64,000 nucleotides of DNA from an uncultured bacterium (GTDB lineage: Bacteria > Oederibacteriota > Oederibacteriia > Oederibacteriales > Oederibacteriaceae). Made by a program: the position numbers and the translations under genes. Every line of letters starts with the position of its first letter. Within the stretch, counting starts at the first letter, position 1. A model generated the notes under the pieces. It made no database searches. It worked only from the letters and a program-made list of their open reading frames with translations, and was not told the DNA's origin. Location of the stretch: NCBI GenBank assembly GCA_965112635.1, contig OZ218778.1, positions 576,001-640,000 on the forward strand. The letters run 5' to 3'. Of the stretch, positions 38,534 through 46,752 are shown one piece after another.

Positions 38534-39037
38534 TCATTTACCCTTTTGCGCCAGAAGATTCTCTACTTCCTGGCTAAATGTCGCCTCATCGGTGTAGCCG
38601 ATATATTTATTGACGATACGGCCCTGGCGGTCGATCAAAAAGGTCGTGGGGATCCCCCGGATGCCGCCGTAGGTCACCGTGACCTGCTCGTTGCCTATGA
38701 CCAGCGGGTAGTTGATCCTGGCCTTTTCGGCAAAATCTCGGACATGCGCCGCGTCATCCAGGGCCACCCCGACGATAAGCACCCCTTTGTCTTTGTATTT
38801 CCGGGCTAGTTTGATGTAGGAGGGGATCTCTTTGACGCAGGGCGGACACCAGGTGGCCCAAAAATCTAGGATGACGACCTTGTCTTTGGTCTGGCTGGCG
38901 AAATTAAAATCCTTGCCGGCCGGGTCCTTCAAAGTAAAATCCGGAGCCGTGGTGACCTTGGGGCTGGCTGGCTGGCATCCCCACAGGCCAAAAGCTATCC
39001 CTAAAACCAGAAGACCTTCTGCAAATTTTCTATTCAC
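38534..39037 (-). CDS. TlpA/ResA family thiol-disulfide oxidoreductase lipoprotein
   Basis: Lipobox LWGC, APDFTL, FWATWCPPC, GIPTTFLIDR. Confidence 0.93.
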   Translation of the reverse strand: MNRKFAEGLLVLGIAFGLWGCQPASPKVTTAPDFTLKDPAGKDFNFASQTKDKVVILDFWATWCPPCVKEIPSYIKLARKYKDKGVLIVGVALDDAAHVRDFAEKARINYPLVIGNEQVTVTYGGIRGIPTTFLIDRQGRIVNKYIGYTDEATFSQEVENLLAQKGK

Positions 39038-39063
39038 GTCTTCCCCCTCCTATCACAGGTTAG

Positions 39064-39807
39064 TTACTGAAAAATTGCCGGTAAAAAATTTAGATATCGA
39101 GACACCGCCTGCAGCTGGTCGAAAAAGATCAATACCCCGGCTATGACCAGCAACCCGCCGCTGGTCACCTCTATGAACCGCATCCACTTTTTGGCCCGAG
39201 TCAGCCATTTCAAAAAATAACCGGCTCCTAATGAGATCAAAATAAAGGGCAGGCCCAGTCCAGCCGAATACGCCGTGAGCAAGATGATCCCCCGGCCTAC
39301 CGTGACCTCAGTGCTGGCCAGGGCCAGGATGCTCCCCAGGATGGGGCCGATGCACGGCGACCAGCTGAAGGCAAAAGCCAGCCCCAGCAAAAAAGAGAAA
39401 AGCAGTCCCGTCTTGCCGCTGGCGACCTGGAACCTTTTCTGGTAATAGAGGAAATTGAACCAGGAAATTTTTTTAAAGGCTCCGGCCAGGTAAAGCCCGA
39501 AAAAAACTATCAGAACCCCCGCTATCCTGTTGATGAGAAGTTTGTTCTGGAATAAAAACTGGCCTAAAAAAGTTGCCGTGGCTCCCAAAAGGATGAAGAC
39601 CAGCGAGGTCCCCAGCACGAAAAACAGGCTGTTGAGCAGTATTTTGGCGTGGCTGGAAGCACCCTGTTCTCCGCTGGAAAGCTCAGCCACCGACAGGCCC
39701 GATAAGTAAGAAAGGTAGGCCGGCACCAGGGGCATCACGCAAGGAGACAAAAAAGAAAAAAAGCCCGCGATAAAAGCCAGGGTAACGGAAACATTTTGAG
39801 GGGCCAT
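39064..39807 (-). CDS. ccdA: CcdA (DsbD transmembrane domain) disulfide reducer
   Basis: SFLSPCVMPLVP and WSPCIGPILG; six TMs. Confidence 0.93.
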   Translation of the reverse strand: MAPQNVSVTLAFIAGFFSFLSPCVMPLVPAYLSYLSGLSVAELSSGEQGASSHAKILLNSLFFVLGTSLVFILLGATATFLGQFLFQNKLLINRIAGVLIVFFGLYLAGAFKKISWFNFLYYQKRFQVASGKTGLLFSFLLGLAFAFSWSPCIGPILGSILALASTEVTVGRGIILLTAYSAGLGLPFILISLGAGYFLKWLTRAKKWMRFIEVTSGGLLVIAGVLIFFDQLQAVSRYLNFLPAIFQ

Positions 39808-39897
39808 GGTTCCTGCCTTGTGTTTAGGGTTTCATCTAGTTTTCAAACTGATATTCATATTAGCAATCCCGGCAGAAAAATCAAAGCCTCAAGCGTC

Positions 39898-39926
39898 TTG
39901 GCATCTCCAAAAGCGCGTGTTATGAT
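39898..39926 (+). promoter_or_regulatory. Putative sigma70 promoter of the SIS/PfkB operon
   Basis: TTGGCA-17 bp-TATGAT with extended TG. Confidence 0.55.
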
Positions 39927-39932
39927 AACTCG

Positions 39933-40098
39933 CTGTTGAAAGAACCTAATAAAGAGTCCATGAACAGCGTGTTACACGAGCTCATGCTCGCACGTCTTCA
40001 AAGACGCGCGCTTGAGCGTGTGCTTGAGCATGTGACATACGCACCTCGCCCTCAAGGTGCGCGTCCATGAGGACGTGAGGGCGTTTGCGGTGTTGTAA
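39933..40098 (+). ncRNA. Candidate structured leader/attenuator with 36-aa uORF (39960-40070)
   Basis: Several complementary segments, including CATGCTC/GAGCATG, CGCACCT/AGGTGCG, CGTCC/GGACG and CGCCCTCA/TGAGGGCG. No match to a family I recognise. Confidence 0.35.
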
Positions 40099-40126
40099 AT
40101 TCTGCTATCAAAGGAAGGTTCAGCTT

Positions 40127-41158
40127 ATGGAATCCGTTACTCTAAGAGAGATCCTCAACCAGCCGGACATCTGGGCGCAGGAAATTATCTGTTCCCGGAA
40201 AGAAAAATGGTCCATCCCTCCTGCTGGAATGGGTCGCTGCACGGTCATTTTCGTGGGCTGCGGCACTTCTTATTATCTGGCGCAGTCCGCGGCCGCGGCC
40301 TACACCCGCCTGACCCGGCGTCCCAGCCGGGCGGTGCCGGGCTCAGAGGTTTTCCTGAATCCCAAGGACAATTTTTCTCCCCAGGAAAAGCTTTTGGCCG
40401 TGCCTATTTCCCGTTCCGGCACCACCACGGAAACCGTATGGGCCGCCCAGTATTTCCGCAAAAAGATGCATGTCCCTGTCCTTTCCATCACCTGCTACCC
40501 TGACAGCGCCCTGGCCAAAGCGGGCAACTGGAAGATTACGCTCCCCTATGTGCAGGAAAAAAGCGTGGTCATGACCGGCTCCTTTAGCTCGCAGCTTTTG
40601 GCCGTGGTGCTTGCCGCGGACCCCCAGATGGCCTTCAAGCTCAAGGGCCTGCCCCGCCAGGGCGAAAAACTCCTGACCCTTTACCAGCCCCTCATCCAGG
40701 CGCTGAGCAAAAATCCTAAAAAGTTCGACCACTTCGTTTTTTGCGGCCAGGGGCTTTTTTACGGCATCGCCAACGAAGCCATGCTCAAGATGAAAGAAAT
40801 GACCCTGTCCTTTTCCGAGGCCTACCACGCCCTGGAATACCGCCACGGCCCCAAAAGCATTGTCACCAAGAAAACCCTGCTCACGGTGTTCCTGACGGAA
40901 ACAGGGATGAAGCAGGAGATCCGGTTCTTGAGCGACATGAAAAAATTGGGGGCCCGCACACTGGTCATGGCCCCTGCGGCCACCAAGGAGATCAAGCGTC
41001 ACGCGGATTATTTGATCGAGCTGGGCACGACCGTGCCCGAGCCAGGCCGGATGTTCCTGGCCATTGCCCTGGTCCAGCTTTTCGGATATTACCGCGCGAT
41101 GGCCAAAGGCATCAATCCCGACTCCCCCAAAAACCTGACCCAAGTGGTCCATTTGTAG
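40127..41158 (+). CDS. Double-SIS sugar-phosphate isomerase/deaminase (AgaS/FrlB/GlmD-like), no glutaminase domain
   Basis: EILNQP, GCGTSYY, ISRSGTTTET, EKSVVMTGSF, EAMLKMKE, EYRHGP, NPDSPKNLTQVV. Confidence 0.9.
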   Translation: MESVTLREILNQPDIWAQEIICSRKEKWSIPPAGMGRCTVIFVGCGTSYYLAQSAAAAYTRLTRRPSRAVPGSEVFLNPKDNFSPQEKLLAVPISRSGTTTETVWAAQYFRKKMHVPVLSITCYPDSALAKAGNWKITLPYVQEKSVVMTGSFSSQLLAVVLAADPQMAFKLKGLPRQGEKLLTLYQPLIQALSKNPKKFDHFVFCGQGLFYGIANEAMLKMKEMTLSFSEAYHALEYRHGPKSIVTKKTLLTVFLTETGMKQEIRFLSDMKKLGARTLVMAPAATKEIKRHADYLIELGTTVPEPGRMFLAIALVQLFGYYRAMAKGINPDSPKNLTQVVHL

Positions 41159-41162
41159 AACT

Positions 41163-42095
41163 ATGAAAAAACTAGACCTTTTGGTGGTCGGCGAACTCAA
41201 CTGCGACCTTATTTTGGACAAACTCCAGGAGTTCCCCAAGCTGGGCAAAGAGCAGCTAAGCGACTCCATGTCCTTGACCCTAGGAAGTTCGTCCGCCATT
41301 TTTGCCAGCAACGCCTCTGCCCTGGGCCTTAAAACCGCTTTTACCGGCAAGCTGGGCCAGGATATGCTGGGTGACCTGGTGATGTCCAGCCTGAAAAAAA
41401 GAAAAGTGGACACCAGCCGTATTAGCCGCCAGCACCGTTACAATACCGGGATCTCCGTTCATCTAAATTTTAATGCTGACCGGGCCATCCTGACCTACAA
41501 AGGACCCATGGATGATTTCCGGTTTTCCGACCTGGATTGGAATTTCATAAAAACCGCCCGCCACTTGCACCTTTCTTCCTATTACCTGCAAAAAGGTCTG
41601 CAGCCGGGCTGTCCTGCTCTTTTTAAAAAAGCCAAAACCCTCGGCCTTTCCACTTCCCTGGACACTAATTGGGACCCGGAAGATAAATGGGGCAATAAAA
41701 TTTATAAGGTGCTGCCGTATGTGGATATTTTTATGCCCAATGAGAATGAAGCTTTACGCCTGGCCCGTGCCTCTTCCCTCAAACACGCCATGGCCATCCT
41801 CTCCCGCTACGCGGGAATGGTCGTGGTCAAATGCGGCAAAAAAGGCGCTCTTGTCCAACAAGGTCATAAGACCTATCACCACCCTGGCATCAGGGTAAAA
41901 GCCGTCGACCCGGTAGGCGCTGGTGACAGTTTTGACGCGGGTTTTATCACGAAATTCTTAAAGGGCGGTTCTTTGGAAGAATGCTTGATATTTGGTAATG
42001 TTTGCGGGGCTTTTTCCACCACCTGCCCCGGCGGCACGGCGGCATTCGACAATATATCCAAATTCTGGTCTTTTGCTAAAAACCATACCCGTTAA
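41163..42095 (+). CDS. PfkB family carbohydrate kinase
   Basis: VVGELNCD, GKLGQD..G, FMPNENE, DPVGAGDSFDAG. Confidence 0.92.
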   Translation: MKKLDLLVVGELNCDLILDKLQEFPKLGKEQLSDSMSLTLGSSSAIFASNASALGLKTAFTGKLGQDMLGDLVMSSLKKRKVDTSRISRQHRYNTGISVHLNFNADRAILTYKGPMDDFRFSDLDWNFIKTARHLHLSSYYLQKGLQPGCPALFKKAKTLGLSTSLDTNWDPEDKWGNKIYKVLPYVDIFMPNENEALRLARASSLKHAMAILSRYAGMVVVKCGKKGALVQQGHKTYHHPGIRVKAVDPVGAGDSFDAGFITKFLKGGSLEECLIFGNVCGAFSTTCPGGTAAFDNISKFWSFAKNHTR

Positions 42096-42129
42096 TTTCC
42101 GCTAAGGCAGATCACCAATCCAAACTATT

Positions 42130-43071
42130 TCACTTTGACAATTCTTTACTAGCGATGTCCAAGACCACGACCTCCTTCGGGCTCAGACGCCACCCTAAAG
42201 CGCCCGTTATTTCCTTGGCCTGCACCGCGTTCTTGACCCCCGGGATAGGCAAAGCCCCCTTGCAGATGACCCAGTTGAGCGCAACCTGAGCCCCGGTTTT
42301 CCCGCGTCTTTTTCCTATATCCTCGAGCTTCCGCAGCAAGGGCTGGATCTGCTCCAGATATTTCCGGCCGTATTTCTTGGCTCTGCGGCCCAATGGAGGA
42401 TGGGACGGGGTGTACTTGCCGGAGAGCATGCCCATACCCAGAGGGCTGTAGGCGATCACTTTAATATGGAGTTCTTTGCACAGCTTCAACAGCCCGTTGA
42501 ACTCAATTTTACGGTTGAGCAAACTGTACTCCACCTGGTTGCAGGCCAGCGGGATTCCGCGCACAGTCAGCATCCGGTGGGCTTTTTTCATCAAGGGGAT
42601 GCCAAAATTGGAAACCCCGACATGTCTGGCTAAACCTTTTTCCACGGCATCGCCAAGACCTTCAATCCAAATTTCGTTCAACTTACCCTTGTCAGGCCAA
42701 TGGATCATATAGAGGTCTACCTGTTTACGGCCCAACCTTTTCATACTCCCTCGCAGGGCGCCCAAGAGCTGGGACTTTTTAGAACGATGGTTGACCGGCC
42801 CGAATTTGGTGCCGACCATGATGCCCCGGCCTGAAAAAGCCAGGAGCTTGCCGAGAACTTTTTCGGATTCACCGCCCCCATAAAGCTCAGCGGTGTCAAA
42901 AAACTTGATCCCCTTTTTGACGCATACTTTAAAGGCTTCTTTCAGGTCGTTCTCATCGCAGATGCCCTGGCCGGAACCGAACCACATCCAGTTGTCTTTC
43001 CAGGCCCAGGTCCCGATACCCATGGGTAAGGCGTCCAAAAAGTTTTTTTCAGTCCTTTTTGTTTTATTCAT
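42130..43071 (-). CDS. Aldo/keto reductase
   Basis: MGIGTW, FFDTAELYG, DLYMIHWP, GVSNF, NQVEYSLL, AYSPLG. Confidence 0.93.
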   Translation of the reverse strand: MNKTKRTEKNFLDALPMGIGTWAWKDNWMWFGSGQGICDENDLKEAFKVCVKKGIKFFDTAELYGGGESEKVLGKLLAFSGRGIMVGTKFGPVNHRSKKSQLLGALRGSMKRLGRKQVDLYMIHWPDKGKLNEIWIEGLGDAVEKGLARHVGVSNFGIPLMKKAHRMLTVRGIPLACNQVEYSLLNRKIEFNGLLKLCKELHIKVIAYSPLGMGMLSGKYTPSHPPLGRRAKKYGRKYLEQIQPLLRKLEDIGKRRGKTGAQVALNWVICKGALPIPGVKNAVQAKEITGALGWRLSPKEVVVLDIASKELSK

Positions 43072-43089
43072 CCCTGCTCCTCTCCTGCC

Positions 43090-43800
43090 CTACGGCAGAT
43101 CAAAAAGTAAAAGTTCTGTTTCCTCTCTGGCCGAAAAATCCATTATGCCGCTGGGTTTATTATCCAGGCTAAAACTGGCTCCGTCTCCGGCCTTGAGCGG
43201 GTGATTGCAAAAAATCGCTTCCCCGCGCACCACCTGCACCCAGGCATGACGCTCGGCCTTTAATGAATAAAGCAGGTTCTGCCCTGGGGTCATGATGGTC
43301 GCCAGGATAAAAGCGTTTTGGCGGATGGTCAAGGACCCGCTCTGTCCCTCGGGAGAACAGAGGAGGCACCATTGGTTCAACTTTTGCATCCTGTCAAAAG
43401 AGGCCTGGTCGTACCGGGAGGCCGCCTTGGCCTTTTCCGGCTCGATCCAGATCTGCAGCAGGCGCAAGGGCTCTTTGTCCGAGGCGTTGTACTCGCTGTG
43501 CAAAATACCTTTGCCCGCGCTGATCCTCTGCACTTCACCCTCGCGGACAAGCCCCTCCACTTTGAGGCTGTCCTGGTGCCGCAGGGTGCCCTGGACGATG
43601 TAGGTGACGATCTCCATATGACGATGTTCATGGAGCTCAAACCCGTTGCCGCCCTCGATCATGTCCTCGTTGAGGACCTTGAGGCATCTGAATCCCATGT
43701 GGGCGGGGTCCCTGTAGTCGGCAAAAGAAAAGGAATAATAGGTCTTGAGCCAGCCTAAATTGGCGTGGCCTCTTTGGGAGGCAGGTCTTAAGGTCACCAT
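43090..43800 (-). CDS. Pirin family protein (YhhW-like)
   Basis: SFSFADY.DP, VLNED, HEHRHMEIVTY, HQDS, SAGKGILHSE, LLQIWI. Confidence 0.93.
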   Translation of the reverse strand: MVTLRPASQRGHANLGWLKTYYSFSFADYRDPAHMGFRCLKVLNEDMIEGGNGFELHEHRHMEIVTYIVQGTLRHQDSLKVEGLVREGEVQRISAGKGILHSEYNASDKEPLRLLQIWIEPEKAKAASRYDQASFDRMQKLNQWCLLCSPEGQSGSLTIRQNAFILATIMTPGQNLLYSLKAERHAWVQVVRGEAIFCNHPLKAGDGASFSLDNKPSGIMDFSAREETELLLFDLP

Positions 43801-43860
43801 ATAATCTCCTCGGCTAGCAAGAAAGATTAAAGGACCAGGGAGAGTCCTGGGTTAAGGGGT

Positions 43861-44817
43861 TTAGTACAAGAAATAGACGGACAAACGCTCCATATCAGGG
43901 ATATTGCTGTCAGCTTCGATGGACTCGCTGAAGTCAAAACCAAAAGAAAATGGCTTGTCGTGTACCCTCACTCCGATGCCGTAGGTAAAAGCCGGGGTTT
44001 CCTGCTTGAAGCGGTACCCGAATCTGGCCCCGAGGGTGTCCTTGAGCCAGTATTCCGCTCCCAGGGCTTCGTAAAAAAAGCCGTCGCTGGGCTGTACGCC
44101 GTCCGCGGAAATCATAAAATTATACACATCATTATGGAGGATACGGTCAGAGATACCAACTCTGTAGGTGACAGGCATGTTCTCCGCCAGGGAAATAAAG
44201 GTCATAGGCAGGCCCAAATTTTGGATCGCCGCCCCTATCTTAAGATCCGGCAGGCCTTGCGGGACAAAGAGAGTACCCAGGTCCACGGCTTCCCCCTGGG
44301 CTTTACTATCGCCCAATTGTCTGCTGATGTATTTGGCGCCCGCTCCCCAGAACCATTCCGAGGTAAAACTGGAACCATAGGCCAGGTCCACCGCCAGGTC
44401 ATTGGCAGAAAAAATAGTTCCGCTGTTTCCATCAGGGTCGCTGGCCGTGGTGACCAGCAAGCCGGTCATCCATAGATAGTTCACGCTGAGGCCGACTGTT
44501 CCCATGCCCCCCAAAGATTGGGCCATAGCAAAATATTCCTGGGAAACATCCGGAGACAGTTGGGTATGCATGAAATTGATCTCGTTTTTGGCCAGAGTGG
44601 CCAGACCGGCGGTATTGTAATAAATGGTATCAACGCTGTCCGCCACGCCGGTAAAAGCCCCCGCCATGCTGTTGGGTTTGGCTCCGATCGGCACGGTCAA
44701 GAAAGAAGCGCCCGTTTGTCCGGTGCCATGGCCCAGGCCCGGTAACAGGCTGAGGACGGATAAAAGCACAAACCCTGCGAACCATGAACGATGCTTCAAT
44801 TTGATCTCCTTGGTCAT
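43861..44817 (-). CDS. PorV/PorQ-like (FadL superfamily) outer membrane beta-barrel
   Basis: GASFLTVPIGAKPNSMAGAFTGVADSVDTIYYNTAGLA, the family's FL...GAR..aMG..a.aDD....wNPAGL N-terminus; AVDLG, IQNLG; C-terminal aromatic residue. Confidence 0.8.
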   Translation of the reverse strand: MTKEIKLKHRSWFAGFVLLSVLSLLPGLGHGTGQTGASFLTVPIGAKPNSMAGAFTGVADSVDTIYYNTAGLATLAKNEINFMHTQLSPDVSQEYFAMAQSLGGMGTVGLSVNYLWMTGLLVTTASDPDGNSGTIFSANDLAVDLAYGSSFTSEWFWGAGAKYISRQLGDSKAQGEAVDLGTLFVPQGLPDLKIGAAIQNLGLPMTFISLAENMPVTYRVGISDRILHNDVYNFMISADGVQPSDGFFYEALGAEYWLKDTLGARFGYRFKQETPAFTYGIGVRVHDKPFSFGFDFSESIEADSNIPDMERLSVYFLY

Positions 44818-45338
44818 CTGATCAGCACGATCCTGCGAACGGATCTATTCCCCTCGCTTTGGATCACGCAAAAATAAACCCCCGAGACCACATAGTTATG
44901 GCCGGTATCGCAAAAATACCATTGGCAGGAATTATTGACGATGTCAGAACTGGAAAAAGAAAACACTTTGTCCCAGCCGAGGGTGTATATCTGCACGGAC
45001 CCGTCAGAGGGCACCTTGTCGATCGTGACATAACTCGCCCCGGCCTGGAAATTCTTGACCACATTGGGATAGACCCTGGCGTTGACCACAGAAGGCGTGG
45101 TCGTCGAGGTAGGTGTTTCCGTCGCTGTGTAAGTACACGACCCAGTGCAGCCGCAAGTTGGGGTTTCCGTGGCAGTTTCAGTAGAGGTGAGAGTAGCAGT
45201 TTCCGTGGCTGTCTCCGTTGGAGTATTCGTCATGGTGGCGGTTGAGGTGCTCTGGGCATGGACCGGATTTCCAAAGTGCAAGCATATCCCGAGAATGAAA
45301 CATGTTAGAATCAACTTCACCAGGGAATTTCTCAACAA
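44814..45338 (-). CDS. Secreted Thr-rich protein with T9SS-CTD/FlgD-Ig-like C-terminal domain
   Basis: Signal peptide ending VHA; TETATETAT repeats; VYPN...VQIYT...W...SGVYFCVI...RRIVLIR. Confidence 0.7.
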   Translation of the reverse strand: MLRNSLVKLILTCFILGICLHFGNPVHAQSTSTATMTNTPTETATETATLTSTETATETPTCGCTGSCTYTATETPTSTTTPSVVNARVYPNVVKNFQAGASYVTIDKVPSDGSVQIYTLGWDKVFSFSSSDIVNNSCQWYFCDTGHNYVVSGVYFCVIQSEGNRSVRRIVLIR

Positions 45339-45463
45339 TCTCTCCTAATAACAGAATAGATGCCCTTAAACAACACAGTATTATGGTGAAAAAATAACAA
45401 AAAAGCAAGGCTGGGTGATGTTATGATTATAAAGAAGCCTATATAAACCGGGAGGTTTTACGG

Positions 45464-45988
45464 TTGAAACCTGAAGAAGTTAAAGATTTATTCCTGCAAC
45501 TGGGCCAAAGATTGTCTGCCAAGGCTGACGTCGTGCTGGTCTACCTGGATATCGCCTATTTGGATGAATTTGCCATGCGTTACGGCCCTAAACGGAGGGA
45601 CGAGTTCATCTCGGCGGCGGGGTTGATCATCGCGGATGTGACCAAGGATTTTGGCGGAAACGACGATAAAACCTTTGCTTTGGATGGAGGTTCCTTCCTG
45701 GTCATTTCCACCCTGCAAAAGCATCTTTCCCTTATCCCCCGCATCACCGGTCTTTTTAATGAACTGTCCGTCTATCAGTATCCCCAAAAAGACTGGCAGT
45801 GGGAACTCCGCGGTCTGCAATATAGGGACCGCAAAAAACCGGATGTCTCCCTGGCTGGCTTGAGGGTCCATGTGGTCACGGACATTGATAAAATAAAAAA
45901 GATCATGGATAAGTCTTCTGGACAGGATTCCATCGATACGCTCATCAAATTGAAAGAAGAGTCGATCATGGAAAGGATTGAACTGTGA
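45464..45988 (+). CDS. Degenerate GGDEF-like domain protein
   Basis: VYLDIAYLDEFAMRYG...DEFI aligns with YxDIDxFKxxNDxYG...D; active-site position reads DGGSF; TTG start with GGAGG. Confidence 0.55.
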   Translation: MKPEEVKDLFLQLGQRLSAKADVVLVYLDIAYLDEFAMRYGPKRRDEFISAAGLIIADVTKDFGGNDDKTFALDGGSFLVISTLQKHLSLIPRITGLFNELSVYQYPQKDWQWELRGLQYRDRKKPDVSLAGLRVHVVTDIDKIKKIMDKSSGQDSIDTLIKLKEESIMERIEL

Positions 45989-46671
45989 CAATGACTCCCT
46001 CTAGCCCTTTTTTTAGATATCAAAGAATCCTCATTCTCATGACCTTATTGATCGGTGGCTGCTACACGGCGCTAAGGGGAACTTCCTTTGCAGACCAGGG
46101 GAAAGAGGCCTATTTAGCGGGAAATCTGGATAAAGCCATTTATTGGCTGGAAAAAAGCCTGGCCAACAACGAAAACCCCATACAAGTCCAGATCTATCTC
46201 ACCAATGCTTATATATTGAAAGCCCAACGCTGCCTTCAAAAGGGGCAATTAGAAGACGCCCGGGATCTGTTGAATAAAGCCGCCCAGCTCAATCCCGATA
46301 AGGCCGAGATCCAATACCTTCTCGACAAAACCCAGCGTTCTATTAAGACCAAAAGGTTATATCTCGCCGGCAATCAATCCTATAAGGCCGGAAACCTGCT
46401 TGACGCTGTAAAAAATTGGCGGGCTGCCTTGAAACTCAAACCCAATGACCGATCTGTTTTGGACGCCTTGAAAAAAACCCGTTCCGAGACGACCTCGCTA
46501 TCCAAAAAATATTACAAAAAAGGTTTGGGCCATTTTGCCGCAGGCGAATATGAAGAAGCGGTCCTAGCCTGGAAAGACGTTCTCCTTCTGGAACCCGACC
46601 ATCCCACGGCTCAAAAAGACATTGAAAAAGCAACCAGGGAATTGGAGGGCTTGAAAAAACGCGGGCTCTGA
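45985..46671 (+). CDS. TPR-repeat lipoprotein
   Basis: Lipobox-like IGGC; repeats such as AYLAGNLDKAI..LEKSL, YKAGNLLDAV..W..AL.L.P, FAAGEYEEAV..W..VL.LEP. Confidence 0.8.
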   Translation: MTMTPSSPFFRYQRILILMTLLIGGCYTALRGTSFADQGKEAYLAGNLDKAIYWLEKSLANNENPIQVQIYLTNAYILKAQRCLQKGQLEDARDLLNKAAQLNPDKAEIQYLLDKTQRSIKTKRLYLAGNQSYKAGNLLDAVKNWRAALKLKPNDRSVLDALKKTRSETTSLSKKYYKKGLGHFAAGEYEEAVLAWKDVLLLEPDHPTAQKDIEKATRELEGLKKRGL

Positions 46672-46752
46672 CCAGAGCCGTAAAGAACGATTGGAAGTCC
46701 CGAAAGAAAAAACGGATCCTGGATCAGCCTGCGAAGGCATGGGAGCAAGAAT

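Noticed and set aside
39933-40126. glmS ribozyme or 6S RNA
   Set aside because: Lacks the AGCGC...GACGAG glmS core and does not fold by eye into a single 6S-like rod; kept only as an unclassified candidate.
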